64,000 nucleotides of DNA from Patescibacteria group bacterium (GTDB lineage Bacteria; Patescibacteriota; Patescibacteriia; UBA10025; JAHIVO01). Below, one piece after another: positions 48,122 to 57,397 of the stretch. The notes under the pieces were generated by a model. The model ran no database searches. It was given only the letters and a program-made list of their open reading frames with translations, and was not told the DNA's origin. The stretch covers positions 321,776 through 385,775 of the forward strand of contig JAQULM010000002.1 in the NCBI GenBank assembly GCA_028718605.1. Direction: 5' to 3'. Each line of letters opens with the position of its first letter. The stretch's first letter is position 1. Both the position numbers and the translations under genes were made by a program.

Positions 48122-50749
48122 ATGCCAATCCCCCAACTCCACGAACCTCAATTCAGGATCCGCCAAATCGGCGCACGCGTCGTCCGGCGCGTTCAGGCTG
48201 TCGAACAGCGCAGAAAGCGCCATTTCCAAAAATGGCCGCGCTGGAAGCGGATTCTTGTCCGTACACTGATTGGTTGTGCAATCGCTGGTGGCCTTGGCGT
48301 CATTTTTCTCATTAGCGCATTTGCCTGGTACTCGCGTGACCTTCCTGACCCGAATAAAATCATGAGTCGGAGCATTGCCCAGAGTACTCAGATTTACGCG
48401 CGGGACGGAACTACCCTCTTGTACGAAATTCATGGCTCTGAGAAACGGACACTAATGCAGATCGAGGACATCCCGAAGATCATGCAACAGGCAACGGTCG
48501 CCATTGAAGACCAGGATTTTTACAAACACCAGGGGTTTGACCTCGGCGGCATTATCAAGGCTGGGTGCCATGAAGCGTTTGGCAATCTCGCCGGTTTGTG
48601 CCCCACGCGCGGCGGATCAACGATAACGCAACAGTTCGTAAAAAACGCCATCCTGACTTCCGAACGGTCCTACACCAGGAAAATCAAGGAGCTCGTCCTC
48701 TCATACCAGATCGAAAAAAAATTCACGAAAGACCAAATTCTCCAGCTGTATTTCAATGAGATTCCATTCGGTTCAACGCTCTACGGCGTCGAGGCGGCTG
48801 CCCAATCCTTTCTGGGGAAATCCGTCAAAGACGTAACCCTCTCCGAAGCTGCGTTCCTCGCGGCCATCCCCCAGCGGCCAACCTACCTGTCCCCCTACGG
48901 CAGCCACACCGACGAGCTATCCGCGCGGCTCCACACGGTACTGAATAAAATGGTCGAGCTTGGCTACATTACTAAAGAGCAAGCTGCTGAGGCGAAGAAA
49001 GACAATATCCTTGAACGGATGCGCCCCCAGTATGAAAATATTACCGCCCCCCATTTCGTCATGTATGTGCGCGAGCTGCTCAGTAACACGTACGGCGAAA
49101 AGATGGTCGAACAGGGCGGCTTGAAAGTAATCACCACGCTCAATATCGACAAACAGCGTGCAGCAGAAGAATCAATCAACAAATACGCGGGCAAGAACGC
49201 GGATACGTACCAAGCTTCAAATGCAGCGCTTGTTAGCCTCGACACAAAAACCGGCCAAATCCTTGCCATGGTAGGATCAAGAGACTACTTCGACGAGAGT
49301 ATCGACGGCAACGTTAACGTTACCTTGCGCCCGCGCCAACCCGGCTCATCATTCAAGCCCATCGTCTATCTCACTGCTTTCATGAAAGGCTATACCCCCG
49401 ATACGCTCCTCTTTGATCTCGTGACGAGTTTCAAGACTGGTGCTAAGGATTACTCGCCGAAAAATTACGATCTGCAGGAGCACGGTCCCGTGACAATGCG
49501 CCAAGCGCTTGCCGGATCCCTCAACATACCAGCGGTAAAAACCCTCTACCTCGCCGGGATAGACAATGTACTGGACACTGCTGCCTCCCTCGGATATTCA
49601 ACCTTCGGCGACCGCAGCAGATTCGGGCTGTCGCTCGTCTTGGGTGGCGGCGAAGTTACGCTGCTCGAGCATACCGCGGCATTTGCCTCTCTCGCACGGG
49701 AAGGCGTCTACCACCCGCCCGCGAGCATCCTGCGCGTTGAAGACAATACCGGAAAAGTACTTGAGGAATTCAAGGACCGCGAAGAACGCGCTGTCGACGA
49801 AAAATATGTCCGCATGCTCACCAGCGTCCTTTCTGACAACGGCGCACGAGCGTACATCTTCGGTTCACGGAATTATCTCACCCTCTCGGGGCGCCCCGTT
49901 GCCGCAAAAACAGGCACAACTAACGACTACCGCGATGCATGGACGCTGGGGTATACGCCTTCGATTGCAACCGGCGTCTGGGTCGGCAATAATGACAATT
50001 CGGAAATGCGGCGCGGCGCAGACGGCTCGATCGTTGCTGCACCTATCTGGCACGATTTTATGCAAAACACGGTCGGGGGGCCCGTAGAGCCATTCAAGGC
50101 GGCACCAGCAAATGACGCGGACAAACCAGTTCTGCGCGGAGAGCTCCAGGCTGAAACGAAATTCAAAGTTGACTCCGTGACGGGTAAATTAATCCCCGAA
50201 TCGTGCCTTCCTGACTATCCGTCTCAGTTTATTGTCGAAAAAACATTCCGCGCGGTCCACGATATCCTTTACTATGTTAATAAAGACAATCCGCGCGGTC
50301 CGGCACCCGCTGACCCAGCCGCTGATCCACAATACGAGCGATGGGAAGAGCCTGTGCGCCGCTGGGCTGCCCAGAATAATTATACGGAATCCATGCCGGC
50401 ACCGGGCGATTGCTCATTGCGTTCCGCCGAGAACCAGCCATCAATTACCATTACGGCGCCTAAGAATGGCGCAGCAATTAATTCTAAAAAATTTACTGCT
50501 ACCGCTGCCGCCACGTCGCCTCGGACAATAAAAAAGGTCGTCTTCTTTATTGATTCCACGGTAGCCGGCACGGTCACCAAGAAGCCCTACAGCCTCAGCA
50601 TCGACGTAAGTAAAACTGAAAAGGGGTTTCACGACCTGAAAGCTGTTGTGTACGATGATATCGACAACTCCTCGTCAGCAACTGTAACAATCAACGTCCG
50701 GTCCGGCGTTGCTTCAATACCAAAAAAAACGAGTACAAACACCGAATAA
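48122..50749 (+). CDS. Class A penicillin-binding protein (PBP1A) with C-terminal Ig-like domain
   Basis: EDQDF..H.G, GGSTITQQ, RKIKE, transpeptidase SSFK, SLN, KTG. Confidence 0.93.
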   Translation: MPIPQLHEPQFRIRQIGARVVRRVQAVEQRRKRHFQKWPRWKRILVRTLIGCAIAGGLGVIFLISAFAWYSRDLPDPNKIMSRSIAQSTQIYARDGTTLLYEIHGSEKRTLMQIEDIPKIMQQATVAIEDQDFYKHQGFDLGGIIKAGCHEAFGNLAGLCPTRGGSTITQQFVKNAILTSERSYTRKIKELVLSYQIEKKFTKDQILQLYFNEIPFGSTLYGVEAAAQSFLGKSVKDVTLSEAAFLAAIPQRPTYLSPYGSHTDELSARLHTVLNKMVELGYITKEQAAEAKKDNILERMRPQYENITAPHFVMYVRELLSNTYGEKMVEQGGLKVITTLNIDKQRAAEESINKYAGKNADTYQASNAALVSLDTKTGQILAMVGSRDYFDESIDGNVNVTLRPRQPGSSFKPIVYLTAFMKGYTPDTLLFDLVTSFKTGAKDYSPKNYDLQEHGPVTMRQALAGSLNIPAVKTLYLAGIDNVLDTAASLGYSTFGDRSRFGLSLVLGGGEVTLLEHTAAFASLAREGVYHPPASILRVEDNTGKVLEEFKDREERAVDEKYVRMLTSVLSDNGARAYIFGSRNYLTLSGRPVAAKTGTTNDYRDAWTLGYTPSIATGVWVGNNDNSEMRRGADGSIVAAPIWHDFMQNTVGGPVEPFKAAPANDADKPVLRGELQAETKFKVDSVTGKLIPESCLPDYPSQFIVEKTFRAVHDILYYVNKDNPRGPAPADPAADPQYERWEEPVRRWAAQNNYTESMPAPGDCSLRSAENQPSITITAPKNGAAINSKKFTATAAATSPRTIKKVVFFIDSTVAGTVTKKPYSLSIDVSKTEKGFHDLKAVVYDDIDNSSSATVTINVRSGVASIPKKTSTNTE

Positions 50750-50763
50750 CTTTTCAATAGTAA

Positions 50764-50794
50764 AATAAAGCCACAGGGTCACCGTGGCCTTATT
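50764..50794. terminator. Terminator between PBP1A and dnaN
   Basis: AATAAAGCCAC...GTGGCCTTATT inverted repeat. Confidence 0.55.
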
Positions 50795-50808
50795 GTTCGC
50801 TCAGTTTT

Positions 50809-51912
50809 CTACTGCTTGATTGGCATGATGATGTAGAGGTACTGCTCCTTACCAGCAGGGCGAATCACGCCAGGGCTTGTGCTCGTCGTGATTTCGAGAA
50901 TACACTCCTCGCTCTGAATATTCTGCAGGCCGTCGAGCAAGAAGCGATAGTTAAAAACAATAGTATTATCCTCCCCCTCCACCGCTGCGTCCTGGTGCGC
51001 TTCACTCTCGCCAACCTGGAGATTCGCCGCGGTGACGGTTATTTTTCCTGCCTTGGCGTCCACTTTCAGAATAATATCATTGCCTCCCTGCTTACAGAAC
51101 AAACTGGCGCGGCGTACGGTGTTGGTAAACTCAGTGAGCGGAACACGCACTCGCGTGCGGCTCTCTTGCGGAATTATCTGCTGGTAGTCAGGATATTGCC
51201 CCTCGACGATCCGGGAGGTTAATTTCAGCTCGCCGATTGAAAACAGTATTTGGTTCTCATTGCTTTGAATCTCCACTTCTTCGGTTCCGTCGCTGAGTAC
51301 GCGCATCACTTCTTGCACAGTTCTTCCGGGGACGATGAGGCTGTAATTACCGGCCGATTGCTTCTCGAGAGGCACCTTTTTTTCTGCGAGCCGGTAACTA
51401 TCCGTCGCGACGAACGTCACGGCCTCCCCCTCAAGCTTAAACAGCACCCCGCTGATCTCGGGGCGAGTCTCGTCATACGCAACCGCGAGGCTCACCGACG
51501 TCAGTGCTGTTTTCAGCTCCGTTGCTGGAATCCGAAAATCCTGCTTCGCCTCGACAACCGGTATCAAGGGAAATTCTGATGCCCCCAGCCCCTTCATGCT
51601 TGTCTTTGCATTACTGCAGGAAATTGTGAGATTGTCTTCCCGCACCTCGAGGGTGACATTTTCGCGCGGCAGGAGATTGATGTAATCATGTAAAACGCGT
51701 GCCTGCACGCTTATTGCGCCCTCGCGCTCAACCTTGCCACGGATACTGCATTCTGCGCCGATCTCAAGATTTGTCGCAAGCAAACGGAGCGCCCCCTTCT
51801 CGGCTTTTAACAAGACATTATTAAGGATTGGTAAAGAAACGTTTTTGCTTGCAATGTGGCTCACCATTTGAAGTCCGCGTGCAAGATTTTCTTGTGTACA
51901 AATCACTCTCAT
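50809..51912 (-). CDS. dnaN: DNA polymerase III beta clamp
   Basis: LPILNNVLL, ATNLE, ATDSYRLA, GQYPDY, IMPI. Confidence 0.97.
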   Translation of the reverse strand: MRVICTQENLARGLQMVSHIASKNVSLPILNNVLLKAEKGALRLLATNLEIGAECSIRGKVEREGAISVQARVLHDYINLLPRENVTLEVREDNLTISCSNAKTSMKGLGASEFPLIPVVEAKQDFRIPATELKTALTSVSLAVAYDETRPEISGVLFKLEGEAVTFVATDSYRLAEKKVPLEKQSAGNYSLIVPGRTVQEVMRVLSDGTEEVEIQSNENQILFSIGELKLTSRIVEGQYPDYQQIIPQESRTRVRVPLTEFTNTVRRASLFCKQGGNDIILKVDAKAGKITVTAANLQVGESEAHQDAAVEGEDNTIVFNYRFLLDGLQNIQSEECILEITTSTSPGVIRPAGKEQYLYIIMPIKQ

Positions 51913-52182
51913 AAAAGTATAGATAAATAATTTAAAGAATAATAATTATAGTAATAGGAGCTGTGGGAAAGTGGAAAAGAATTATTGGTGGGTTTTTGGG
52001 AGCGAAGGTTAGCGCGCGAAGAAAGAAAAAGGATTTTATTGGGTGTGAACGACAACCGCACAAAAGGGGTATAGCGTGCCGACAGAGCGGGGATAATTAT
52101 TCAGGAGGAAGTGGGCGCGGGGGAAATGGTTTGATAAAAGGGGATAATCATGTGAGTTGTACGCTTGCCATCCACCACTTAT
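51913..52182. other. Replication origin oriC (unwinding region in the dnaA-dnaN spacer)
   Basis: The - strand reads TTTTCCACT/TTTCCCACA-GCTCC-TAT TAC TAT AAT TAT TAT then an AT-rich tract, matching the Bacillus-type DnaA-box + DnaA-trio layout. Further TTATCCCC half-boxes lie in the spacer. Confidence 0.8.
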
Positions 52183-53547
52183 CTACTCGTTATAAAGCCG
52201 CTGCCGGATCAAATTAATATCCTGGTGGATTTTTTCGTCTTCCTCGAAGGCACGCCGGATTTTTTCGTATGCATGCATCGCCGTCGTGTGGTCGCGGCCG
52301 CCAAGCTCCTGGCCAATTGATGGGTATGAACACTTTGCCTCTTCCCGCATCAGGAACATGGTGATTTGCCGAGGGACAACGAGCTCTTTTTTCCGGCTAC
52401 TGCCGGTCAGGTCCGCGACAGAGATGTCAAAAAAGGCGGCAACAGTGTTGATTATTTGCTTGATGGTAATGGCGCCTTCACGTTTTTGGTGCTGTGACAT
52501 GCTCGCGAGAATCCCCCGCACCGATTCCACGGAAGGCTTTGAATTATTGAGCTGGTGGAATGCGAGAATACGGTTCAGGGCGCCCTCAAGTTCACGGACG
52601 TTGCTCTGGACGGACGTAGCGACCGTTGAAAGGATTTCACGGGGGAAGGAAAGGTTTTTTTCCTTGCATTTCGCGCTCAATATAGCAATTCGTGTTTCAT
52701 AATCCGGCTGGGCGATGTCCGCAATCATTCCCCATTCAAACCGGGAGATGAGCCGATTTTCGAGGGCAGGGATTGCCTTGGGGGGGCGGTCGGAGCTCAA
52801 GACGATCTGCTTATTCTGCTGGTGAAGCGCGTTGAATGTATGGAAAAATTCTTCCTGGGTGCCTTCTTTGCCTGCGAGGAATTGGATATCATCGATGAGC
52901 AGTACGTCAGCGGTACGATAAACGTTCTTAAAACGCTCGCCTCCGCCCTGGCTGATGGCTGCGATAAACTCATTGGTGAATTTTTCACACGTAACGTAGA
53001 GGATTTTTTTCCCCGCATGGAGCGTTGCGATCTCATGGGCAATCGCTTGTAAAAGGTGTGTTTTCCCCAGCCCAGCACCGCCGTAGAGGAATAAAGGGTT
53101 GTACACAACACCTGGCCGCTGTGCGACGGCAAGGCAGGCGGCGTGGGCGAGCTCATTGCCCTTGCCCACCACAAACGTGCTGAAGGTGTAGCGCGCGTTC
53201 AGCCCATAGCCATTCTTTTGGGTTACGGGGGCCACTTGTTCGGGGCGTTGCTGTGCCGGAGCCGCCGGCGCGGTGGCATGGTGGGCCGCACCTTTGTGGA
53301 ACACTTCAACACGGTACTGGACGTCGGTGATGTGGTTATCAGTCGCGTGCTTCAGCGCTTCCAGGATTTGTTTGTGGTATTTATTTTCGAGCCACGTCTT
53401 CGTAAAAGCATTTGGCACGCCGATGATTACCGACTCGTTTTCGTATGAGGAGACGAAGGTGTTTTTGAACCACGTGGTGAAATTTGCCTTACTGAGCGTC
53501 AGCTCAAGTTCACCCAGAGCGGCATGCCATAGTTGCTCCTTGTCCAT
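52183..53547 (-). CDS. dnaA: Chromosomal replication initiator
   Basis: YNPLFLYGGAGLGKTHL, DDIQF, QEEFFHTFN, NVRELEGAL, GRDHTT. Confidence 0.98.
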   Translation of the reverse strand: MDKEQLWHAALGELELTLSKANFTTWFKNTFVSSYENESVIIGVPNAFTKTWLENKYHKQILEALKHATDNHITDVQYRVEVFHKGAAHHATAPAAPAQQRPEQVAPVTQKNGYGLNARYTFSTFVVGKGNELAHAACLAVAQRPGVVYNPLFLYGGAGLGKTHLLQAIAHEIATLHAGKKILYVTCEKFTNEFIAAISQGGGERFKNVYRTADVLLIDDIQFLAGKEGTQEEFFHTFNALHQQNKQIVLSSDRPPKAIPALENRLISRFEWGMIADIAQPDYETRIAILSAKCKEKNLSFPREILSTVATSVQSNVRELEGALNRILAFHQLNNSKPSVESVRGILASMSQHQKREGAITIKQIINTVAAFFDISVADLTGSSRKKELVVPRQITMFLMREEAKCSYPSIGQELGGRDHTTAMHAYEKIRRAFEEDEKIHQDINLIRQRLYNE

Positions 53548-53658
53548 AAGGAAAAAGACGTAAAAGATAGAACTCGTGGGACTGTATAAGTCGGTCAGTC
53601 GTGGTATTCATACTACCACAGCAAGCCGATAGAAAGAATGGTGGAATGCGAGCGTCTT

Positions 53659-53689
53659 TGTGAATAAACTGTTGATACTCTGAGGACAA
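53659..53689. promoter_or_regulatory. DnaA-box cluster in the dnaA-rpmH spacer
   Basis: TGTGAATAA (consensus), TGTTGATAC and TGAGGACAA at an 11-bp period. Confidence 0.65.
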
Positions 53690-53699
53690 CCATAAATCG

Positions 53700-53729
53700 T
53701 TGACCGGAAGGATGAATTGTTGGTATACT
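53700..53729 (+). promoter_or_regulatory. rpmH operon promoter
   Basis: TTGACC-18 bp-TATACT with extended TGn. Confidence 0.7.
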
Positions 53730-53765
53730 GTGTGACATGCAATAAAAAATAATTTGTATTCGATT

Positions 53766-53903
53766 ATGCCGAAAAGAACGCATCAACCAAAAAAACGGAA
53801 ACGGAGCAGAACATACGGTTATATGAAGCGCACCCAGTCAAAGAAAGGGCGCAAGGTACTTGCGCGCCGGCGCCGGAAAGGGCGGTATTCACTGTCGCGG
53901 TAA
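53766..53903 (+). CDS. rpmH: 50S ribosomal protein L34 (absent from the ORF track)
   Basis: [45 protein letters not shown], divergent from dnaA. Confidence 0.95.
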   Translation: MPKRTHQPKKRKRSRTYGYMKRTQSKKGRKVLARRRRKGRYSLSR

Positions 53904-53916
53904 CGATTTTCAGCAT

Positions 53917-54261
53917 ATGCTGCCAATGGCACGACGCGTAACCAGACAATCGGACTGGCACCGGGCGCACCGGTTTGGGAGAATTTCTCGTGTTCCGGAG
54001 GTAACCATGAAGGTAGTGCGGAACGGCCGGGACATGACGCGGTTTGGGTTCAGCGTCAGCGTGAAAGTGGCGAAGCGTGCGACAGAGCGGAACACCATGA
54101 AACGGCGCCTTCGGGCAGCGGCAGCACGGCTTACTCCAAAGATTATCCAAGGTTTTGACATAATTATCATAGCGCGGCACCAGCTCCGCGGGACGCCGAC
54201 AGCGCGGGTCACCCAAATTCTTGAGGGATTATTAAAGCGAGCACGGCTCGTATATACATAA
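53917..54261 (+). CDS. rnpA: Ribonuclease P protein component
   Basis: [25 protein letters not shown] and synteny. Confidence 0.92.
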   Translation: MLPMARRVTRQSDWHRAHRFGRISRVPEVTMKVVRNGRDMTRFGFSVSVKVAKRATERNTMKRRLRAAAARLTPKIIQGFDIIIIARHQLRGTPTARVTQILEGLLKRARLVYT

Positions 54262-54265
54262 AAAC

Positions 54266-54511
54266 ATGGGAAAGTATTTCAAAAAAGCGGTATTAGGGGG
54301 AGTGCGATTGTACCAGTGGACTGTATCCCCAGACCATGGTATGTTGTCGTTTCGACGCCCGTATGGGCACTGCCGGTTTTACCCGACATGCTCAGAGTAT
54401 GCATACCAAGCGATTGACCGGCATGGCGTTGGAAAAGGGATTTGGATGGGGCTTCGGCGCATTATCCGTTGCAACCCATTCCATCCCGGCGGATTTGATC
54501 CAGTGAAATAA
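54266..54511 (+). CDS. yidD: Membrane protein insertion efficiency factor
   Basis: [23 protein letters not shown]. Confidence 0.95.
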   Translation: MGKYFKKAVLGGVRLYQWTVSPDHGMLSFRRPYGHCRFYPTCSEYAYQAIDRHGVGKGIWMGLRRIIRCNPFHPGGFDPVK

Positions 54512-54514
54512 ATT

Positions 54515-55294
54515 ATGATTGGCGATCTCTATAACGCAATTCTATTTCAGCCGTTGTTCAACGGCCTCGTTTTCATTTACCAGTACATACCGAACTTGGG
54601 CATCGCTATTATTATCTTGACCCTCATTATCAAATTGCTCCTCTACATCCCGTCGCGATCCTCAATCCGTTCTCAGAAGGCGCTGCAGGATGCGCAGCCG
54701 AAACTGAAGGCGCTGCAGGAAAAGTACAAGGACAACAAGGAAGAGCTTGGCCGCCAAATCATGAAGTTTTATAAAGAGAATAAAGTAAATCCCCTGTCTT
54801 CGTGCTTGCCGCTCCTGATCCAGCTGCCGATCCTCATCGCACTGTACCGAGTTTTTATTGCCGTGTCACAAACGGATCCGACGACCCATTTGCTCGTCGC
54901 AGACCAATTGAAGCACTTGTATGAGCCGCTGCAGGCGATTTTTGCAACCAAGCCGATTGATCCCATGTTTCTTGGTATTGTTGATTTGTCTAAAAAGGGA
55001 AACTACATACTCGCGCTTTTAGCGGGGGCAGCGCAATTCTGGCAGACAAAGATGGTCATGGCGAAAAAACCGCCGCAAGTTCCCGGCGCCCAGGACGAGC
55101 GCATGACCGCAGGAATCAACAAGCAGATGATGTATTTCATGCCGATTATAACAGTTTTTTTCGGAATACAGTTTGCCGCCGGGCTGACGCTGTATTGGTT
55201 CGTGTCAACGCTCTTCCAGGTTGGGCAGCAATGGTACGTTTTCCATAAAGATTCTGCGAAACAAGGCATTATAAAAGGAGAGGTGCAAAAATGA
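54515..55294 (+). CDS. yidC: Membrane protein insertase YidC (short form)
   Basis: LGIAIIILTLIIK, NPLSSCLPLLIQLPI, GLTLYW. Confidence 0.95.
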   Translation: MIGDLYNAILFQPLFNGLVFIYQYIPNLGIAIIILTLIIKLLLYIPSRSSIRSQKALQDAQPKLKALQEKYKDNKEELGRQIMKFYKENKVNPLSSCLPLLIQLPILIALYRVFIAVSQTDPTTHLLVADQLKHLYEPLQAIFATKPIDPMFLGIVDLSKKGNYILALLAGAAQFWQTKMVMAKKPPQVPGAQDERMTAGINKQMMYFMPIITVFFGIQFAAGLTLYWFVSTLFQVGQQWYVFHKDSAKQGIIKGEVQK

Positions 55295-55572
55295 TTATTC
55301 GCAAGGGCGAACTGATAAACCTTCCAGTCGTGACACAATCCGGCCAACAGCTGGGGAGAGTCGCGGATTTTGAGATGGATGCGGAAGAACACACCGTCGT
55401 GCGATATATTGTGAAGCCAGGTACCCTGCTTGCCGATTTGCTGGAAAGTGATCTTGTGATCGCCCGAGAGCAGGTTGTCGCGATCACCGCCGACCGCATG
55501 ATCGTTGAAGATGCCGTTGTAACCGCAAAGAACCGGAAGGGGCTTATAAAAAAAGCAATCCCTGCCACATAA
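55291..55572 (+). CDS. PRC-barrel domain protein
   Basis: LINLPVVTQSGQQLGRVADFEMD. Confidence 0.8.
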   Translation: MIIRKGELINLPVVTQSGQQLGRVADFEMDAEEHTVVRYIVKPGTLLADLLESDLVIAREQVVAITADRMIVEDAVVTAKNRKGLIKKAIPAT

Positions 55573-55619
55573 GGGACTTTTCGGCGGAGGTCATCGCCCA
55601 GCGTTTCCGCGCATTCGCA

Positions 55620-56063
55620 TCAAGCGTAAGCGCTTCTTTTGCGTATCGAAATAATTCTTGTGTGGTTGTCAACGAAAGAAAAATGGAGTTCAGTTATGGT
55701 ATAGGGCGTCAGGAGATCCCAGATTTTATCAGCCCACTCAATGACGGTTACCACATCGATTTTTCCGAGGTACTCGTCGATGCCGACTGACGCGATATCT
55801 TCCATAGAGCGTAATCGGTACGCGTCAATGTGGCAGCAGGCGGCAATGCCAGCTTTTTTTACCGGGTATGTCTTCATAAGTACAAAAGTCGGGCTGGTAA
55901 CTGCGCCATGGACGCCGAGGCCTGCTGCAAACCCTTGGGTAAAGCACGTTTTTCCGCCGCCCAAGTCGCCGATCAGGGCGAATATTTCGCCCCCACGGGC
56001 TTTTTTGGCTAAACTTCGGCCAAACCGCCTGGTTTCTGACGGTGCTTTTGTGGTTATTTCCAT
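55620..56063 (-). CDS. tsaE: tRNA threonylcarbamoyladenosine biosynthesis ATPase
   Basis: GDLGGGKT, SPTF, HIDAYRL, IEWA. Confidence 0.95.
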   Translation of the reverse strand: MEITTKAPSETRRFGRSLAKKARGGEIFALIGDLGGGKTCFTQGFAAGLGVHGAVTSPTFVLMKTYPVKKAGIAACCHIDAYRLRSMEDIASVGIDEYLGKIDVVTVIEWADKIWDLLTPYTITELHFSFVDNHTRIISIRKRSAYA

Positions 56064-56100
56064 ATGTGTATTGTAGTATGTTTCCCCGTCCCGACCAAGC

Positions 56101-56129
56101 TTGACACCTGATGGGGTCTACAGTATACT
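56101..56129 (+). promoter_or_regulatory. sigma70 promoter
   Basis: TTGACA-17 bp-TATACT upstream of the DHH gene. Confidence 0.8.
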
Positions 56130-56173
56130 GATTTATTCTATAAAAAGCATACAGGAGGCGCACCCATTCATGT

Positions 56174-57316
56174 ATGGAGCATTCGACTATCCAACAAGCA
56201 GTTGACCTTATCGGCAAGAGCGGTAACGTCGTTATTGTATTGCCGCGCGATCCATCGACCGACGCAATTGCATCGAGTCTGGCACTTTTTCTTGTACTGG
56301 AAAAGGAAGGGAAGAAAGTCAAGGTTGTTTGCAATGAGTTCAATCTGCCGCCCTCGCATCAGTTTTTACCGAAGAGCAAGGAAATTCTGACGGATCTCAC
56401 CGCTCTGCGGAAATTCATCATCACGCTCGACTGTACGCGCACGAAAGTTCAGGAATTGAGTTATGATATCAGCGCCAAGGACCAGCTGAATATTTTTATA
56501 ACGCCAAAAGACGGATTCTTTGAGCCGCGTGACGTAACCACGTCAGCATCATCGTATGAGTACGATTTGATTGTAGTCATTGATGCCCCAGACCTTGAAT
56601 CCCTGGGCAAAGTGTACGATAATAATACGGAATTTTTTTACCATACACCAATCATTAATATTGACCACAATCCCGCAAATGAATATTTTGGTCAAATTAA
56701 TGTCGTCGACTTGGTGGCAACGTCCACGTCAGAAATAATTTTTGAAATGCTCCGCAGCATGAAGAGCAATTCGCTTGATGAATATATCGCGACGAGCTTA
56801 CTGACGGGCATCATCACAAAGACGAAAAGTTTCCAGAGCGCGAGCGTTACGCCGCGTTCGCTTGCTGTTTCGAGCCTCCTGGTTGAAAGCGGTGCGCGCC
56901 GTGATGACATTATCAAGCATTTGTACCGCACGAAATCAATCAATACCCTGAAGCTCTGGGGCCGGGCACTCGCACGGCTCAAAACGGGCCACAACGACCG
57001 TATCGTTTGGTCCCTCCTCAATCGCCAGGATTTTACGAAATCGGGCGCGAGCGAATCTGAGCTCGAGGGGGTTATCGACGAGCTTATCGTCAATACCCCC
57101 CACGCCGAAGCCGTTCTTATCCTGTATGAATCAGGCGAGAAGGGCATCAAAGGCGTCGCGAGCACGGCCCCGTCAATTGATGGATTGGCAGTGTTTAAGC
57201 AGTTTCAGCCAACGGGAACCAGGGACTTTACCCGATTTGTCCTCCCGTACGCCGATCTTTTGCAAGCTGAGCAGGCAATGATTGATACCGTAAAGCCGTA
57301 TATCGGGGTAAAGTAG
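56174..57316 (+). CDS. DHH/NrnA-like phosphoesterase family protein with degenerate motifs
   Basis: PRDPSTDAIAS, VIDAP, NIDHNPAN, STSEI, LLTGII. Confidence 0.75.
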   Translation: MEHSTIQQAVDLIGKSGNVVIVLPRDPSTDAIASSLALFLVLEKEGKKVKVVCNEFNLPPSHQFLPKSKEILTDLTALRKFIITLDCTRTKVQELSYDISAKDQLNIFITPKDGFFEPRDVTTSASSYEYDLIVVIDAPDLESLGKVYDNNTEFFYHTPIINIDHNPANEYFGQINVVDLVATSTSEIIFEMLRSMKSNSLDEYIATSLLTGIITKTKSFQSASVTPRSLAVSSLLVESGARRDDIIKHLYRTKSINTLKLWGRALARLKTGHNDRIVWSLLNRQDFTKSGASESELEGVIDELIVNTPHAEAVLILYESGEKGIKGVASTAPSIDGLAVFKQFQPTGTRDFTRFVLPYADLLQAEQAMIDTVKPYIGVK

Positions 57317-57397
57317 TGGAGTCATGGATGCATACCATGCGTGCATGAAGGCCTTTTTTTGTTTACCCGCACTGAAAAATTTGATATACTGCGTAGC

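Noticed and set aside
51963-52217. 84-aa ORF in the dnaA-dnaN spacer
   Set aside because: Overlaps oriC elements on the opposite strand and has no recognisable features
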